Source: Myxococcales bacterium
GTDB lineage: Bacteria; Myxococcota_A; UBA9042; JABWCM01; BTVJ01
DNA: 64,000 nucleotides
Assembly: GCA_045863395.1 (NCBI GenBank)
Contig: BTVJ01000036.1
Span: forward strand, 8,856-72,855
Direction: 5' to 3'
Under the pieces are notes generated by a model. The model was not told where the DNA came from. It saw only the letters and a list, made by a program, of their open reading frames with translations, and searched no databases. Position numbers and translations under genes: made by a program. This document shows, in pieces, positions 54,834-64,000 of the stretch (positions are counted from its first letter, which is position 1; each line of letters begins with the position of its first letter).

Positions 54834-57626
54834 CTACCTCCGCAGGAACGTCGGCACCGGCGCAAAGTCCTCCGCCGCCAGCTTCTTCCGCAGGTTCAGC
54901 GTCAGGCGCGCGGGATTGTAGACCATCAGGTTGTGGGTGGTCGGCGTCGTGAGGATGAACTGCGCCCGCGTCACGTTCAGGAAGCGGGTGATGTCGTCGA
55001 TGCGCTCCACCGACAGGTGGGCGAAGGGCTCGTCGAGGATGAAGAACCCGCCGGGCTCCTCATCGTCCTGCATGGTGAGCGCCATCAGCAGGATGAGCGA
55101 CGCGATGACGCTCTGCCCTCCCGAGAGCTTGGGGTCGTTGATGGGCACGGGGGACTTGCCGTCGAAGCCGATGCGGATGTCGATGCCCGCCTTCTTGAGC
55201 ACCTCGTCGTCGTCGACGAGCTTCGGCACGTGCACCTCGACCTCGACCCGCGCCCGCTCCGCCAGCCCCATGATGTTACGGCGGTAGCGCTGCACCGTCT
55301 GCTCCATCACGCGGATGTAGCTCTTGCGGGCCCGCCGCAGCTCCATCTCGCCGCGCCGGTGCTCGGTCTGCCGCTCGGTCATCACGCGCTGCTGGCCGTC
55401 CAGGTCCGCCCGCGCCTTCTCGAAGACCTCTACGATCTGCGGGTCCTGGCACCCCTCGAAGCGGTCGATGGCCTCCCGCACCACCCGCAGCCGCGCCCCG
55501 AGCTGCTCCTCGGTCTCGGTCAGCGCCAGGGCGGCCTCGGTGCGCAAGAGCTCCGGCAGGGCCGCCTCGGCGAGCTTCACCTCCATGTCGACCCGCGCCC
55601 GCTTCGCCCGCCGGTGGGCCAGGTCCGCCCGCGCCTTCTCACTCTCTTGCGCGACCACCCGCGCCCTGTAGTCCAGCAGCCCGAGGTGCTTCTCCTTCTC
55701 CACAAGGGTGCCGTTGATGCCGTCGCTCTCGGTCATCGCGTCCATGAGGCGCACGCTGAGCTGCCGCTTCGTCTCGGCCAGCTCCGCCGACCGCGCCTCC
55801 AGGGCCGGGATCTCCGCCGCCCGTTCTGCCAATCGGGCCCGGGCCCGCTCCCGGTCGAGCGCCAGGTCGATGCGCGTGAGGGCCCGCCGCACCTCGCCCG
55901 CCTCGTGCTCCTTGCGGTTGATGGCCCCCTCCAGCTCTCCCTCTCGGCGCTGAATCTCGTCGAGGCGGGCCTTGCGCGCGCCCCCGCCGCAGTAAAGCTC
56001 CTGCACGGCGATGTGGACACCGCCGCGGGGGTCCTGCTTGTAGCCGTCCGGCGTGATGCTCACGGCGTCGCGCCCCAGCCTCATGCCGTCCGCCACCGAC
56101 TCGACCAGCATCACGCGGTCGAGCTGGCTCAGGATCCACGACGGCACGCGGTCGTCGCCCAACACCACCTGCGACAAGGCGCTGCGGGGCTTGGCGGCGG
56201 CGGCCTTCACCCTCTCGAAGGTGCTCACGTAGCACGGGTACTTGAGCTCGCGGGCCAGCTCCCGGGCCGGCAGCGACGCCTCGGGCGGAACGATCCAGGT
56301 GAAGCGGTCCCGCCCGAGCACGCTCTCTACCGCGAGCTGCCACTTGGGATCGACGATCTCCAGCACGTCCAGCACCAGGACCGCCTCGATGCGCGCCTGG
56401 GCGAGCCGCTCCCCCATGCGCCGCACCCAGGGCGGCGGCTCCCGGCGCGACGACTCGCTCAGGGTGCGCCGCTCGGCGCGCAGCTCAGCCTGCTCCCCTC
56501 GCAAGCGCTGGAGCTCCGCCCCGGCGCCGGCCTCGGCCACCAGCAGCCGCCGCCGCTCTGCCTCCAGCGCAACGGGATCCACCGGCTCCGCGTCGGCGTC
56601 CGCCCCCAGCTTCTCCCGCAGCTCCTCGATCTCCCGCAGCCGCACCCGCGCGGTGCGGTACTCCCCGTCCACCCCCTCCTTCTCGCGCAGGATCGCCTGC
56701 TGCTCCGCCCGCCGGTCCCCCACGCCGCTCTGCAGGCGCTCAATCTCTTGATGCGTACGCTCCCGGTCCGCGACGATCCCCGCCGCGTCCGCCTCCCTCG
56801 CCGCCATCGCGGCCAGCGCCTCGTCGATCTCCGCGTCCAAGAGCTCCCGCTGCTCGCAGAGGGACTTGTAGCGCACCGCGGGCAGCCGCACCTCCCGGAT
56901 CTGCCGCTCCTCGTCCACCAAATCCCGGAACCGCTCGTAGCTCTTCGCGTCCCGCTCCAGGAGCTGCACGTGCCGCGCGACCTCGTAGGCCTTCTCCTCC
57001 TGCTCCCGCAGCTCCCGCGCGCTGAGCAGGTAGCTCTCCCGCGCCGTCGCGTAGTTGTCCATCACCTGCTTGTCGCCCTGCATCTCCAGGACGTACTCCA
57101 GGAGCTGCTGGGGAGTCCGCCGGCAGAGCTTGTTGGTCTCCCCCTGCTCCAGCGCCAGGATCTTGAGCAGCGTCCGCGGCAGGTGAGCCTTCTCCAGGTC
57201 CGCGGCGTACTCCTCGGGAGACAGCAGGTTCGGCATGTCCCGCAGCGACTGGATCGGGGCGTCCCCGGGCAGGATCGCGTAGCGCCGGTTCCAGTGCCCG
57301 CTCTTGCGGGTCAGCACGCAGGCGAGGGTCGCCTCCTCTTGGAAGATCCCCCGGTGGGTGAAGGGCCGCTTCCCGAAGCCGCGCCGCAGCGGGTTCGACA
57401 CCACCCCCTTCACCACGGCGATGCCGGTCTCGCCGCGCATGTACTCGTTGACCTTGCGCGAGGTCGATAGCGTCCGGGCGCCGAGCAGGATGCGCATGGA
57501 GTCGAGGAAGGTCGTCTTCCCGGACCCGTTCGGCCCCGCGATCATCACGACCTGCTCGTCCACCGGGACCCGGATATGGTCCCAGAGGTCCCAGTTCATC
57601 AGCTCGATGGCCTTGAAGGAGAACAC
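54834..57626 (-). CDS. SMC-family ATPase (MksB/JetC-like), 930 aa
   Basis: Walker A GPNGSGKTT, Q-loop LEQGE, coiled coils, hinge-like segment (VDPKWQLAVESVLGRDRFTWIV..SITPDG), signature LSGGQ and Walker B/D-loop FILDEPFAHL. Confidence 0.88.
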   Translation of the reverse strand: MFSFKAIELMNWDLWDHIRVPVDEQVVMIAGPNGSGKTTFLDSMRILLGARTLSTSRKVNEYMRGETGIAVVKGVVSNPLRRGFGKRPFTHRGIFQEEATLACVLTRKSGHWNRRYAILPGDAPIQSLRDMPNLLSPEEYAADLEKAHLPRTLLKILALEQGETNKLCRRTPQQLLEYVLEMQGDKQVMDNYATARESYLLSARELREQEEKAYEVARHVQLLERDAKSYERFRDLVDEERQIREVRLPAVRYKSLCEQRELLDAEIDEALAAMAAREADAAGIVADRERTHQEIERLQSGVGDRRAEQQAILREKEGVDGEYRTARVRLREIEELREKLGADADAEPVDPVALEAERRRLLVAEAGAGAELQRLRGEQAELRAERRTLSESSRREPPPWVRRMGERLAQARIEAVLVLDVLEIVDPKWQLAVESVLGRDRFTWIVPPEASLPARELARELKYPCYVSTFERVKAAAAKPRSALSQVVLGDDRVPSWILSQLDRVMLVESVADGMRLGRDAVSITPDGYKQDPRGGVHIAVQELYCGGGARKARLDEIQRREGELEGAINRKEHEAGEVRRALTRIDLALDRERARARLAERAAEIPALEARSAELAETKRQLSVRLMDAMTESDGINGTLVEKEKHLGLLDYRARVVAQESEKARADLAHRRAKRARVDMEVKLAEAALPELLRTEAALALTETEEQLGARLRVVREAIDRFEGCQDPQIVEVFEKARADLDGQQRVMTERQTEHRRGEMELRRARKSYIRVMEQTVQRYRRNIMGLAERARVEVEVHVPKLVDDDEVLKKAGIDIRIGFDGKSPVPINDPKLSGGQSVIASLILLMALTMQDDEEPGGFFILDEPFAHLSVERIDDITRFLNVTRAQFILTTPTTHNLMVYNPARLTLNLRKKLAAEDFAPVPTFLRR

Positions 57627-57629
57627 GGC

Positions 57630-58592
57630 CTAGTCCCCCCCGTCCTTGGCGCCCTCGGTGTCCTCCAGAGCGCCCTCGCTCTCAGTGGCCTCCAGTGCGC
57701 CCTCCGGGTCCCCCATCACGCCCTCGTCGCCCACGGCGCCCCCGTCCTCGGCCGGACCCGCGGCCTCGGGCGCGTCCAGCTCCAGGTCGTCGAGCCAGGT
57801 CGGCACGTCCTCCTCAGCCTCCGCGGCGCCAAACCCCTCGGGGAAGCCGACATCGTCCTCGCTCGCCGCCACGCGCCGCAGCGGCAGCTCCGGCTGCCCC
57901 CGCGTCGCCTCCGCCCGGTCCTCGAAGGCGCTCCAGAGCACGCTGTCCTTGAGCTTGATCGCCATCCGCGTCCCGTCGACCAGCAGATCGAGCAGCGGCC
58001 CCTCGCCCACGTTGCCCGAGCGGTCTTCCGTCACGAAGCCCATGTTGCGGAGCTGCCCCAGGTACCGCGCGAAGTTCACCTTCCCGAACTTGCTGCCGAA
58101 CTCGGCGTAGAGCGCGTCCCGGTGCACGTGCAGGCGCACCGGCTTGCGCGGCTTGGACTCGGGGAACAGGTCGGCGTTGGGCTCGTCGGGGTCGAAGCGC
58201 CGCTCCTGCGCCACGCGCTTCGGCAGCACCAGCTTGGCCCACAAGATGACGAGCAGCGCGACCGCCCCCTTGTGGAGCCGCGCGTTCGTCGCCCAGTCGA
58301 AGGACACGTCCCCCTCGATGGCCGGCACGAGGCGCACGGCGAAGTGCTCGCTGTAGACGTTGTCGACCAGCTCCATGCCCACGGCGAGCAGGCGCGCCCG
58401 CACCCGGTCCCGCAGGTCGTCGTCGATGACCAGGTCCTTGCACGCGGTCTTGCGCAGGCTCGTGAAGATGAGCAGGTGGGAGCAGATCTCGCGCGCCCGG
58501 GCGTCCAGCTCCTCATCCGGGGCGAAGTCGCCCGGGGTCGGCGGGTTCCGGTCCTCCTCCTCGGGGGTCCATGCGTCGCGCTCTTCGGCCAT
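57630..58592 (-). CDS. Putative KITE subunit (MksE/JetB-like) with an acidic tail
   Basis: Directly upstream of the SMC (3-nt gap). VRARLLAVGMELV, ALLVILWAKLVLP and LGQLRNMGFV..VGEGPLLDL are consistent with tandem winged helices. The assignment relies on position and fold pattern. Confidence 0.6.
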   Translation of the reverse strand: MAEERDAWTPEEEDRNPPTPGDFAPDEELDARAREICSHLLIFTSLRKTACKDLVIDDDLRDRVRARLLAVGMELVDNVYSEHFAVRLVPAIEGDVSFDWATNARLHKGAVALLVILWAKLVLPKRVAQERRFDPDEPNADLFPESKPRKPVRLHVHRDALYAEFGSKFGKVNFARYLGQLRNMGFVTEDRSGNVGEGPLLDLLVDGTRMAIKLKDSVLWSAFEDRAEATRGQPELPLRRVAASEDDVGFPEGFGAAEAEEDVPTWLDDLELDAPEAAGPAEDGGAVGDEGVMGDPEGALEATESEGALEDTEGAKDGGD

Positions 58593-58629
58593 CCGCTCCC
58601 TCTCGACGCCCCCACATGGGGCGGACCGC

Positions 58630-58641
58630 GGCTTGTAGCAC
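58630..58641 (-). promoter_or_regulatory. Extended -10-like motif GTGCTACAAGCC (copy 1)
   Basis: Identical 12-mer also at 59979-59990. Lies in the 57-bp gap before the KITE-like gene. Confidence 0.45.
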
Positions 58642-58649
58642 AGGCCCGG

Positions 58650-59972
58650 TCAGCGATCCAAGGGGGTCGGCCGCACCCACCCGACGGAGATCTCGCTCAC
58701 CCCGTCCTTGAAGATGCGCTCGCCCTCCCCGCTCGCGTCCACCTGCGCCCGCAGCCCCCGCAGGCGCTGGATGAGAGGCTCGCCGCCCTCCTCCGGGAAC
58801 GCCATGGTGCCCTCGGTCATCGCGAGCAGCGACAGGCGATAGGCGCTCTCGGCCCAGCCGCCCCGGGGCACGAACTCCGCGAGCCGCACCGGCTCCCCGC
58901 TCCGCGCCACGGCCTCCATGTCCTCGACGAAGCGCGCGAGCCCCGCGAACCGCTGCTCCTCCTCGCCGAGCGCCGACAGCCGCGGCCCCTCGTCGGACCA
59001 CCCGCGCCGCTCGACGGGCTCCTCGCGCTCCATGAGGAAGAGCACGAACTCCGCCTCGGTGAGCACGTTGTCCGCGATGGCGAACAGCGGCTGCACCGGC
59101 GTCGACACGAAGCGCCGCCCGAACTCGGCCAGCGTCGGCACGTCGCACCGAATCAAGAACTGCGTGATGTCCGTGATGGACAGCCCGCTCTCGTCAAGGT
59201 GGATGCGCCGCCGCGCGATGTCGTTGAGGGCCCGCTGCAAGGCGCCATGCCACTGGTGCAGCTCGCTCAGGCTGCGCCCGACGGCCTGGGCGGTCTTGTA
59301 GGCCTCGAAGTCCTCGATGTCGAGGACGTCGACGGACTCCCGTGCCCGCCGCGACCAGGCCAGGTTGCGGTCGAGCTTGTCCCGCACCTCCAGGATCTTC
59401 ACCTCGGAGTGGCTCTGCATGGCGGTCTCGGCCTCGCCGATGACCTTGCGCAGGTTGTGCAGCAGGTGCCGCAGCGGCGCCCCCTGGTCCGCCCCGAGCT
59501 CCGTCGCCACCTCCACGCTGAACACGCCGAGCGCCAGGTCGCCCTCGGCGGGCGCGCTCCCGAGCAGCGTGGAGAGCAGCGAGTACACGGCCTCCCCCCG
59601 ATCAGAGAGCGCGTAGCGCCCCTCGCGCAGCGTCAGCCACCCGCTCTGCCGCAGCCCGCGGAACACGCGCGCCCGCTCAGCCGGAAGCAGCCACGGGAAG
59701 TGCCCGTGCAGCTCCTCCAGCGTGAACCCCGTCCGCTCCGACGAGGCCAGCTCGGCGATGACCGCCGTCCGCGCCACGAAGTCCGCCTCCCCGAGCCGCA
59801 CCAGCTCCCGCAAGAGCGGGAAGTAGGCGAGCAGCCCCCGCGCCCGCTCCCCGCCGGGCACCGACGCCGCGTCGAAGCCGGGGGGCAGCAGCTCCTCCAG
59901 CGCGGCGGACGGCGCCTCCTCCACGTCGGTGGGTCGCAGCAGCTCGTCGGCGATGGTGTCGGGGCGGCTCAT
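58650..59972 (-). CDS. Putative kleisin subunit (MksF/JetA-like)
   Basis: First gene of the three-gene SMC operon. N-terminal wHTH (FTLEELHGHF..VFRGLRQSGWLTLREGRYALSDRG), helical middle and C-terminal wH-like region. Start ATG 59972. Confidence 0.6.
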   Translation of the reverse strand: MSRPDTIADELLRPTDVEEAPSAALEELLPPGFDAASVPGGERARGLLAYFPLLRELVRLGEADFVARTAVIAELASSERTGFTLEELHGHFPWLLPAERARVFRGLRQSGWLTLREGRYALSDRGEAVYSLLSTLLGSAPAEGDLALGVFSVEVATELGADQGAPLRHLLHNLRKVIGEAETAMQSHSEVKILEVRDKLDRNLAWSRRARESVDVLDIEDFEAYKTAQAVGRSLSELHQWHGALQRALNDIARRRIHLDESGLSITDITQFLIRCDVPTLAEFGRRFVSTPVQPLFAIADNVLTEAEFVLFLMEREEPVERRGWSDEGPRLSALGEEEQRFAGLARFVEDMEAVARSGEPVRLAEFVPRGGWAESAYRLSLLAMTEGTMAFPEEGGEPLIQRLRGLRAQVDASGEGERIFKDGVSEISVGWVRPTPLDR

Positions 59973-59978
59973 GGGCCG

Positions 59979-59990
59979 GGCTTGTAGCAC
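59979..59990 (-). promoter_or_regulatory. Extended -10-like motif GTGCTACAAGCC (copy 2), likely a leaderless start
   Basis: TACAAG ends 8 nt before ATG 59972, with no Shine-Dalgarno in between. Confidence 0.45.
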
Positions 59991-60361
59991 GCCCGGGGCG
60001 GCGCCTTCAACGCCCGCAGGCGCGCACACTGCGTGCACACGGCCGCGTGTTCGCCACCCGCCACACGACGTCGAGGTGGCAGCCCAGCCAGTGAGGAGCG
60101 CGTGACGTCCGTGCCTCCCCGTTTCGACGCGCGGCCGGCGAAGCACATCGGCGCCCACGGTGGATCAGATCACCACTGCACGGGCCCTCCCACACATCGC
60201 GCCGATCCCGATCACGACCTGCCTCGTATTGACTCCGTTTTGATCGCTCAACCCCTGAGCATGGGTTGACGCGCGCTGGTCGCTCGCCGAAAGTGACGAC
60301 TTCCGACCAGTGTGACACTCGCGGCGCCACTCACCCGTGGCAACCCGTGGAGGATGCGCCG

Positions 60362-63300
60362 ATGAAAGTGCTGTTCTTGGTCCTGTCACTGGCCGGGCTT
60401 TCTACGACTGCCCTGGCCGCGGAAGTTGTGGCGGAGGTCAATGAGAGCGGCAACTCCAACCCGGTCCAGCTCCATGTCCACGATGGGAGCCTGTACTTCG
60501 TAGCCGAGGATACGCCGTTCTCCGTGAGGAGCCTCTGGCGCTTCGACCCGGCCTCGGGTCTCCCACCGGTGAAGCTGGCACAGGATCCAACATGGCTGTT
60601 CAACGACTCGAGTCGCCACCCCCGCTTCTTGACGAGCGCGGGGGGCCGCGTCCTCTTCATGGCGTACTCCACGACGACGGGCTATGCGCTGTGGGCGACC
60701 GACGGCACCCCGGCGGGGACGGGGATCATCGCCGACCCCGACCCGCAGACCGCCTCCGGCTTCCTGGACGGGACGAACCACGCATCCATCGCCGGCGTCT
60801 TCACCTTCGGTGTCAACGACGGAGTGCACGGGCTGGAGCTTTGGCGCTCCGATGGCACGACGGAGGGGACCCGGCTGGTGGTGGATGCGATCCCCGGGAC
60901 GCCCTCACTCAACCCCAGGTACATGACCGAGGTGGGCGACCGAACCTTCCTGAGCGGCTTCATCTACAATGCGGGCGGAGGCTTCGCCGGCACCCGGACC
61001 TACACCCTCGACATCGTCGCGGACACCGTGGCCCTCGCAGGCGAGGGGCTTGCGCCGCTCGACTTCGAGCCGGTGGCGATCCGGCCCTTCGGACCCGTGA
61101 CTGAAGCCCTGGGCGACGGGGAGGAGGAGCCGTCCCCCCGCGCCATCGTCTGGGGCAGCGGCAAGGGCCTCTACAACACGGACGGCACCTTGGGGGGGAC
61201 GCTCCAGCTTGCATCTCTCACCGGAACGATGAACGGGCACGGTCTGGAGATCGGGGGCGACGGCGCGATCTGGTTCTTCAACTCCACCGCCGCAGCGGGG
61301 AAGGAGCTCTGGCGATCCGACGGCACGCCGGAGGGGACCTCCATGGTGGCCGACATCCGCTTGGGCTCCAACCCGGGCATCCCCGCGGCGGGACTCAGCG
61401 CTCTCGTCCCCCGAGGGCCGGGCGTGTGCTTCGTCGGTCAGACAGACAGCCTGGATCGCGAGCCGTGGTGCAGCGACGGCACCGAGGAGGGGACGAAGCG
61501 CCTCGCCGACATCAACCCAGGTCCAAGCGGGTCGGATCCCGCCTGGCTCACGCCTGTGGGCGACGTACTGGCCTTCGTGGCCACCGCCGGGGCCGACCGG
61601 GAGCTCTACCTCCACGCGCCCGGCTCCGACGTCGTGAAGGTGGACCTGAACCCGGCGTCGTCCTCCGATCCAGACAACCTGGTGCTCCTCGACGGCACTC
61701 TCTTCCTCGTCGCCACCGTCCCGGGCCACGGAAGGGAGCTCCTCCGCGTCGTCCTGCCCACTGGCTGTGCCTTCCAGCCAGACGAACCTTGCGACACCGG
61801 CAACCCCTGTGACGAGAAAGGAGTGTGCATTGGCGGCACGTGCACGAGCACGTCCCCGGTGGACTGCGACGACCTGAACCCGTGTACGGACGACGCCTGC
61901 ATCGATCCTCTCGGCTGCACGCACGTCCCCAACAGCGCTCCGTGCTTCGACGGCGACCTCTGTACGGGTCCAGACCTGTGCGTAGAGGGCGCGTGCCAGA
62001 CCCTTGGCTTCAAGTCATGTGACGATCTGATCTTCTGCACGACGGACGCCTGTGTGGAGGGCGACTGCGTCCACACGCCCAACGACGCAGCCTGTGCGGA
62101 CCCCGCAGCCGGGCCCTGCGTGGAGCCGCTCTGTGTCGCCGACGTAGGCTGCAACCACGCCCCGATCACAGGACCCTGCGACGATGGCAAGGCGTGTACG
62201 GAGCCGGACACCTGCGACGGCCCGGTCTGCACCGGCCCCTCCATCTGCCTGGACATTCCGTGCCACCTGACGTCGTGCAACGAAGCAGGGACCTGCGACT
62301 ACAAACAGCAGAAGCCCGGCAGTGACTGCGCCACTCCGGGGATGGTCGGTGGCTGTGACGAGGAAGCGAGCTGCGTCGCCTCTTCGGACCTCGTCCTGAT
62401 ACAGATGAACGTCAACCGCTACATGGTGGCCCTTGGCGCCAGGGCGTACATTCCATTCCGGGTGAGATTCAAAGGGCCCACGCCAGCACTCAGCGTCCAG
62501 GTGAGCGCCTCGAGCAATCTTCCGCTCAACGACGCGTACATCACGTTCGGGACTCAGTCGAAGCCGTGTGACTCGAAGACGTGCCTGAGCGACTCGGTGG
62601 CCATGCCCCACGACGGCCAGCCGTGGAGCGATGACTACGATGGCTACTATCTGGAGGGACAGATCGACTTCCAGGTCACGGAGCTCGCGGTCTACAAGGT
62701 GAAGATCGAGACCTTCAGCGAGAATCGCGACTTCAACTTGGGCAAGAGTGACAACGACTTCGAGGCCGAGGTGGAGGCCCTGTATCAACCCGTCCTCTTC
62801 CTGGACGTCATTCCAGACGAATATCACAGAGACGTATTGCCCAAGGAGCATGCATTCACGGTCGTCGGGATTCAGAACCCGGGCGACCTGGACTTGAAAG
62901 TGATTCTCGAGGCACAGGCCCCCCCGGACAGTGAGGTCGACTTCCCGTTGCCCGACTGCTATGGCCTCGAGCCGTGGATAGCCCGTTGTGAAGTCATGAT
63001 CCCCGCCAAGAGCCCGACGCTCATCCTCCCACTCCTTGCGTCAGGAGAGATGACGGGACCACATGGCGTGACCATCTCGGCGCTCGACCTGGCCATACCC
63101 GATCTGCCGGACGGAACCCCGTACGACAAGTCTCAGATCAAGCCGGCGCATTTCTACTTCAACGTCTCCAACCCGGCTGCGAAGCTCGGGATCTCCGCGA
63201 CGAAGCCACCCGACGTCGACATCGGCGAGCTTGCCGAGTTCATGGTGACGGTTGAGAATCTCGGACTCGAGCCCATCGACAACGTCTCCTTGCATTTCGA

Positions 63301-64000
63301 CTCTTACGGTGCCTGGGAAGTCCACGACCGGAGTTACCTCGGACCGTTGACCTTCGACCATCTGGACCTGGACTGCAAGCCTGCGCCGAAACCAGTATGC
63401 AACCTGCCCATGCTTTATCCGGGCGTGTCGATCGACATACCCTTCGGGTTCATTGGGTCAGAGGCCGGAAACGGCCAATTGGTCTTCGAAGCGAGTGCGC
63501 CCGGGGTCGACTCGGCGAGCACCACCGTCGAGGTCACGACACTCGACCTCTGCTACAAGAAAAACGACGGTGAGTGGTGCGACGACGGCAACTACTGCAC
63601 CGAAGACGACAAGTGCAACAACCTCGTCTGCCAGGGCACCCCGGTCGGTGACTGCGCCAAGTCTCCGTGCGCCATCGGAGTGTGCGACAAGACCTGTGTG
63701 GTCACACTGCTGCCTGACCAGAGCTACTGCGTCAAGCCCGATGGTGAGGCGGGGCACTGCATGAATGGAGAGTGCATCAAGGAACGCCTCGTCCTCGAGG
63801 TGACCGGACCAGATCTGAACACGACAGTCCCGGTCGGGAAGCTCACCACGGCCACCGTGACACTAGAGAACGTTGGAGCCGTCCCAGTTTCCGTCGTGCT
63901 GGCAGTCGTCGCAGACAACCCCAGCAACGACATCTTCTTCTCCTTCGCGGGCGTATCAGTGCCGTGCCCCGGCCAGGTATGTACCACGAAGGAGGGTGTC
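60362..64000 (+). CDS. Large secreted protein with ELWxxDGT repeats, Cys-rich (Dictyostelium-type) repeats and Ig-like domains; runs off the window end
   Basis: Missing from the ORF track because it has no stop. RBS GGAGG; signal MKVLFLVLSLAGLSTTALA; ELWRSDGTTEGT, ELWRSDGTPEGT, EPWCSDGTEEGT; CDDLNPCTDDAC and CDDGNYCTEDDKC; beta-rich Ig/CARDB-like segments. Confidence 0.85.
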   Translation, partial: MKVLFLVLSLAGLSTTALAAEVVAEVNESGNSNPVQLHVHDGSLYFVAEDTPFSVRSLWRFDPASGLPPVKLAQDPTWLFNDSSRHPRFLTSAGGRVLFMAYSTTTGYALWATDGTPAGTGIIADPDPQTASGFLDGTNHASIAGVFTFGVNDGVHGLELWRSDGTTEGTRLVVDAIPGTPSLNPRYMTEVGDRTFLSGFIYNAGGGFAGTRTYTLDIVADTVALAGEGLAPLDFEPVAIRPFGPVTEALGDGEEEPSPRAIVWGSGKGLYNTDGTLGGTLQLASLTGTMNGHGLEIGGDGAIWFFNSTAAAGKELWRSDGTPEGTSMVADIRLGSNPGIPAAGLSALVPRGPGVCFVGQTDSLDREPWCSDGTEEGTKRLADINPGPSGSDPAWLTPVGDVLAFVATAGADRELYLHAPGSDVVKVDLNPASSSDPDNLVLLDGTLFLVATVPGHGRELLRVVLPTGCAFQPDEPCDTGNPCDEKGVCIGGTCTSTSPVDCDDLNPCTDDACIDPLGCTHVPNSAPCFDGDLCTGPDLCVEGACQTLGFKSCDDLIFCTTDACVEGDCVHTPNDAACADPAAGPCVEPLCVADVGCNHAPITGPCDDGKACTEPDTCDGPVCTGPSICLDIPCHLTSCNEAGTCDYKQQKPGSDCATPGMVGGCDEEASCVASSDLVLIQMNVNRYMVALGARAYIPFRVRFKGPTPALSVQVSASSNLPLNDAYITFGTQSKPCDSKTCLSDSVAMPHDGQPWSDDYDGYYLEGQIDFQVTELAVYKVKIETFSENRDFNLGKSDNDFEAEVEALYQPVLFLDVIPDEYHRDVLPKEHAFTVVGIQNPGDLDLKVILEAQAPPDSEVDFPLPDCYGLEPWIARCEVMIPAKSPTLILPLLASGEMTGPHGVTISALDLAIPDLPDGTPYDKSQIKPAHFYFNVSNPAAKLGISATKPPDVDIGELAEFMVTVENLGLEPIDNVSLHFDSYGAWEVHDRSYLGPLTFDHLDLDCKPAPKPVCNLPMLYPGVSIDIPFGFIGSEAGNGQLVFEASAPGVDSASTTVEVTTLDLCYKKNDGEWCDDGNYCTEDDKCNNLVCQGTPVGDCAKSPCAIGVCDKTCVVTLLPDQSYCVKPDGEAGHCMNGECIKERLVLEVTGPDLNTTVPVGKLTTATVTLENVGAVPVSVVLAVVADNPSNDIFFSFAGVSVPCPGQVCTTKEGV

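Noticed and set aside
54834..59972. Calling the SMC operon a complete Wadjet defence system or SbcCD
   Set aside because: No JetD Toprim gene, no SbcD phosphoesterase, and the ATPase has a hinge-like middle rather than a CxxC zinc hook.
60225..60320. Hairpins upstream of the ELWxxDGT gene (TCAACCC..GGGTTGA; TGGTCG..GAAA..CGACCA) as a c-di-GMP riboswitch
   Set aside because: The conserved GEMM motif elements are not recognisable. An Rfam search would be needed to support it.

Overview
High-GC bacterial chromosomal window. Gene content (MYXO-CTERM-like tail, ELWxxDGT repeats, kinase/sigma54 fusion, many Cys-rich lipoproteins) suggests Myxococcota or a related deltaproteobacterium, which is an inference. 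About 35 CDS can be supported. Housekeeping genes include rhlE, rpoZ, zapA-6S RNA-rny, tyrS, msrB and a PIN-PhoH gene. A five-gene K+/osmotic operon encodes an antiporter-like protein, TrkA, TrkH, a 1439-aa antiporter-helical-ATPase-like fusion and MscS. Other elements are a 176-bp MITE with a TTA target duplication, a ~3500-aa lipid-anchored YD/RHS protein, and a probable deletion scar joining an MNT antitoxin to a lipoprotein fragment. The three most novel-looking systems are: (1) a Ser/Thr kinase-STAND-TPR-GAF-sigma54 activator divergent from a sigma54 promoter that precedes two acidic lipoproteins sharing an identical ISPVPTPN peptide encoded with different codons, followed by an ABC1 kinase; (2) an MksFEB/JetABC-like SMC operon with a short SMC and no JetD nuclease; (3) the antiporter-ATPase/MscS/Trk operon. 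I saw no rRNA, tRNA or CRISPR array. All family calls come from motif reading by eye, not from database searches.
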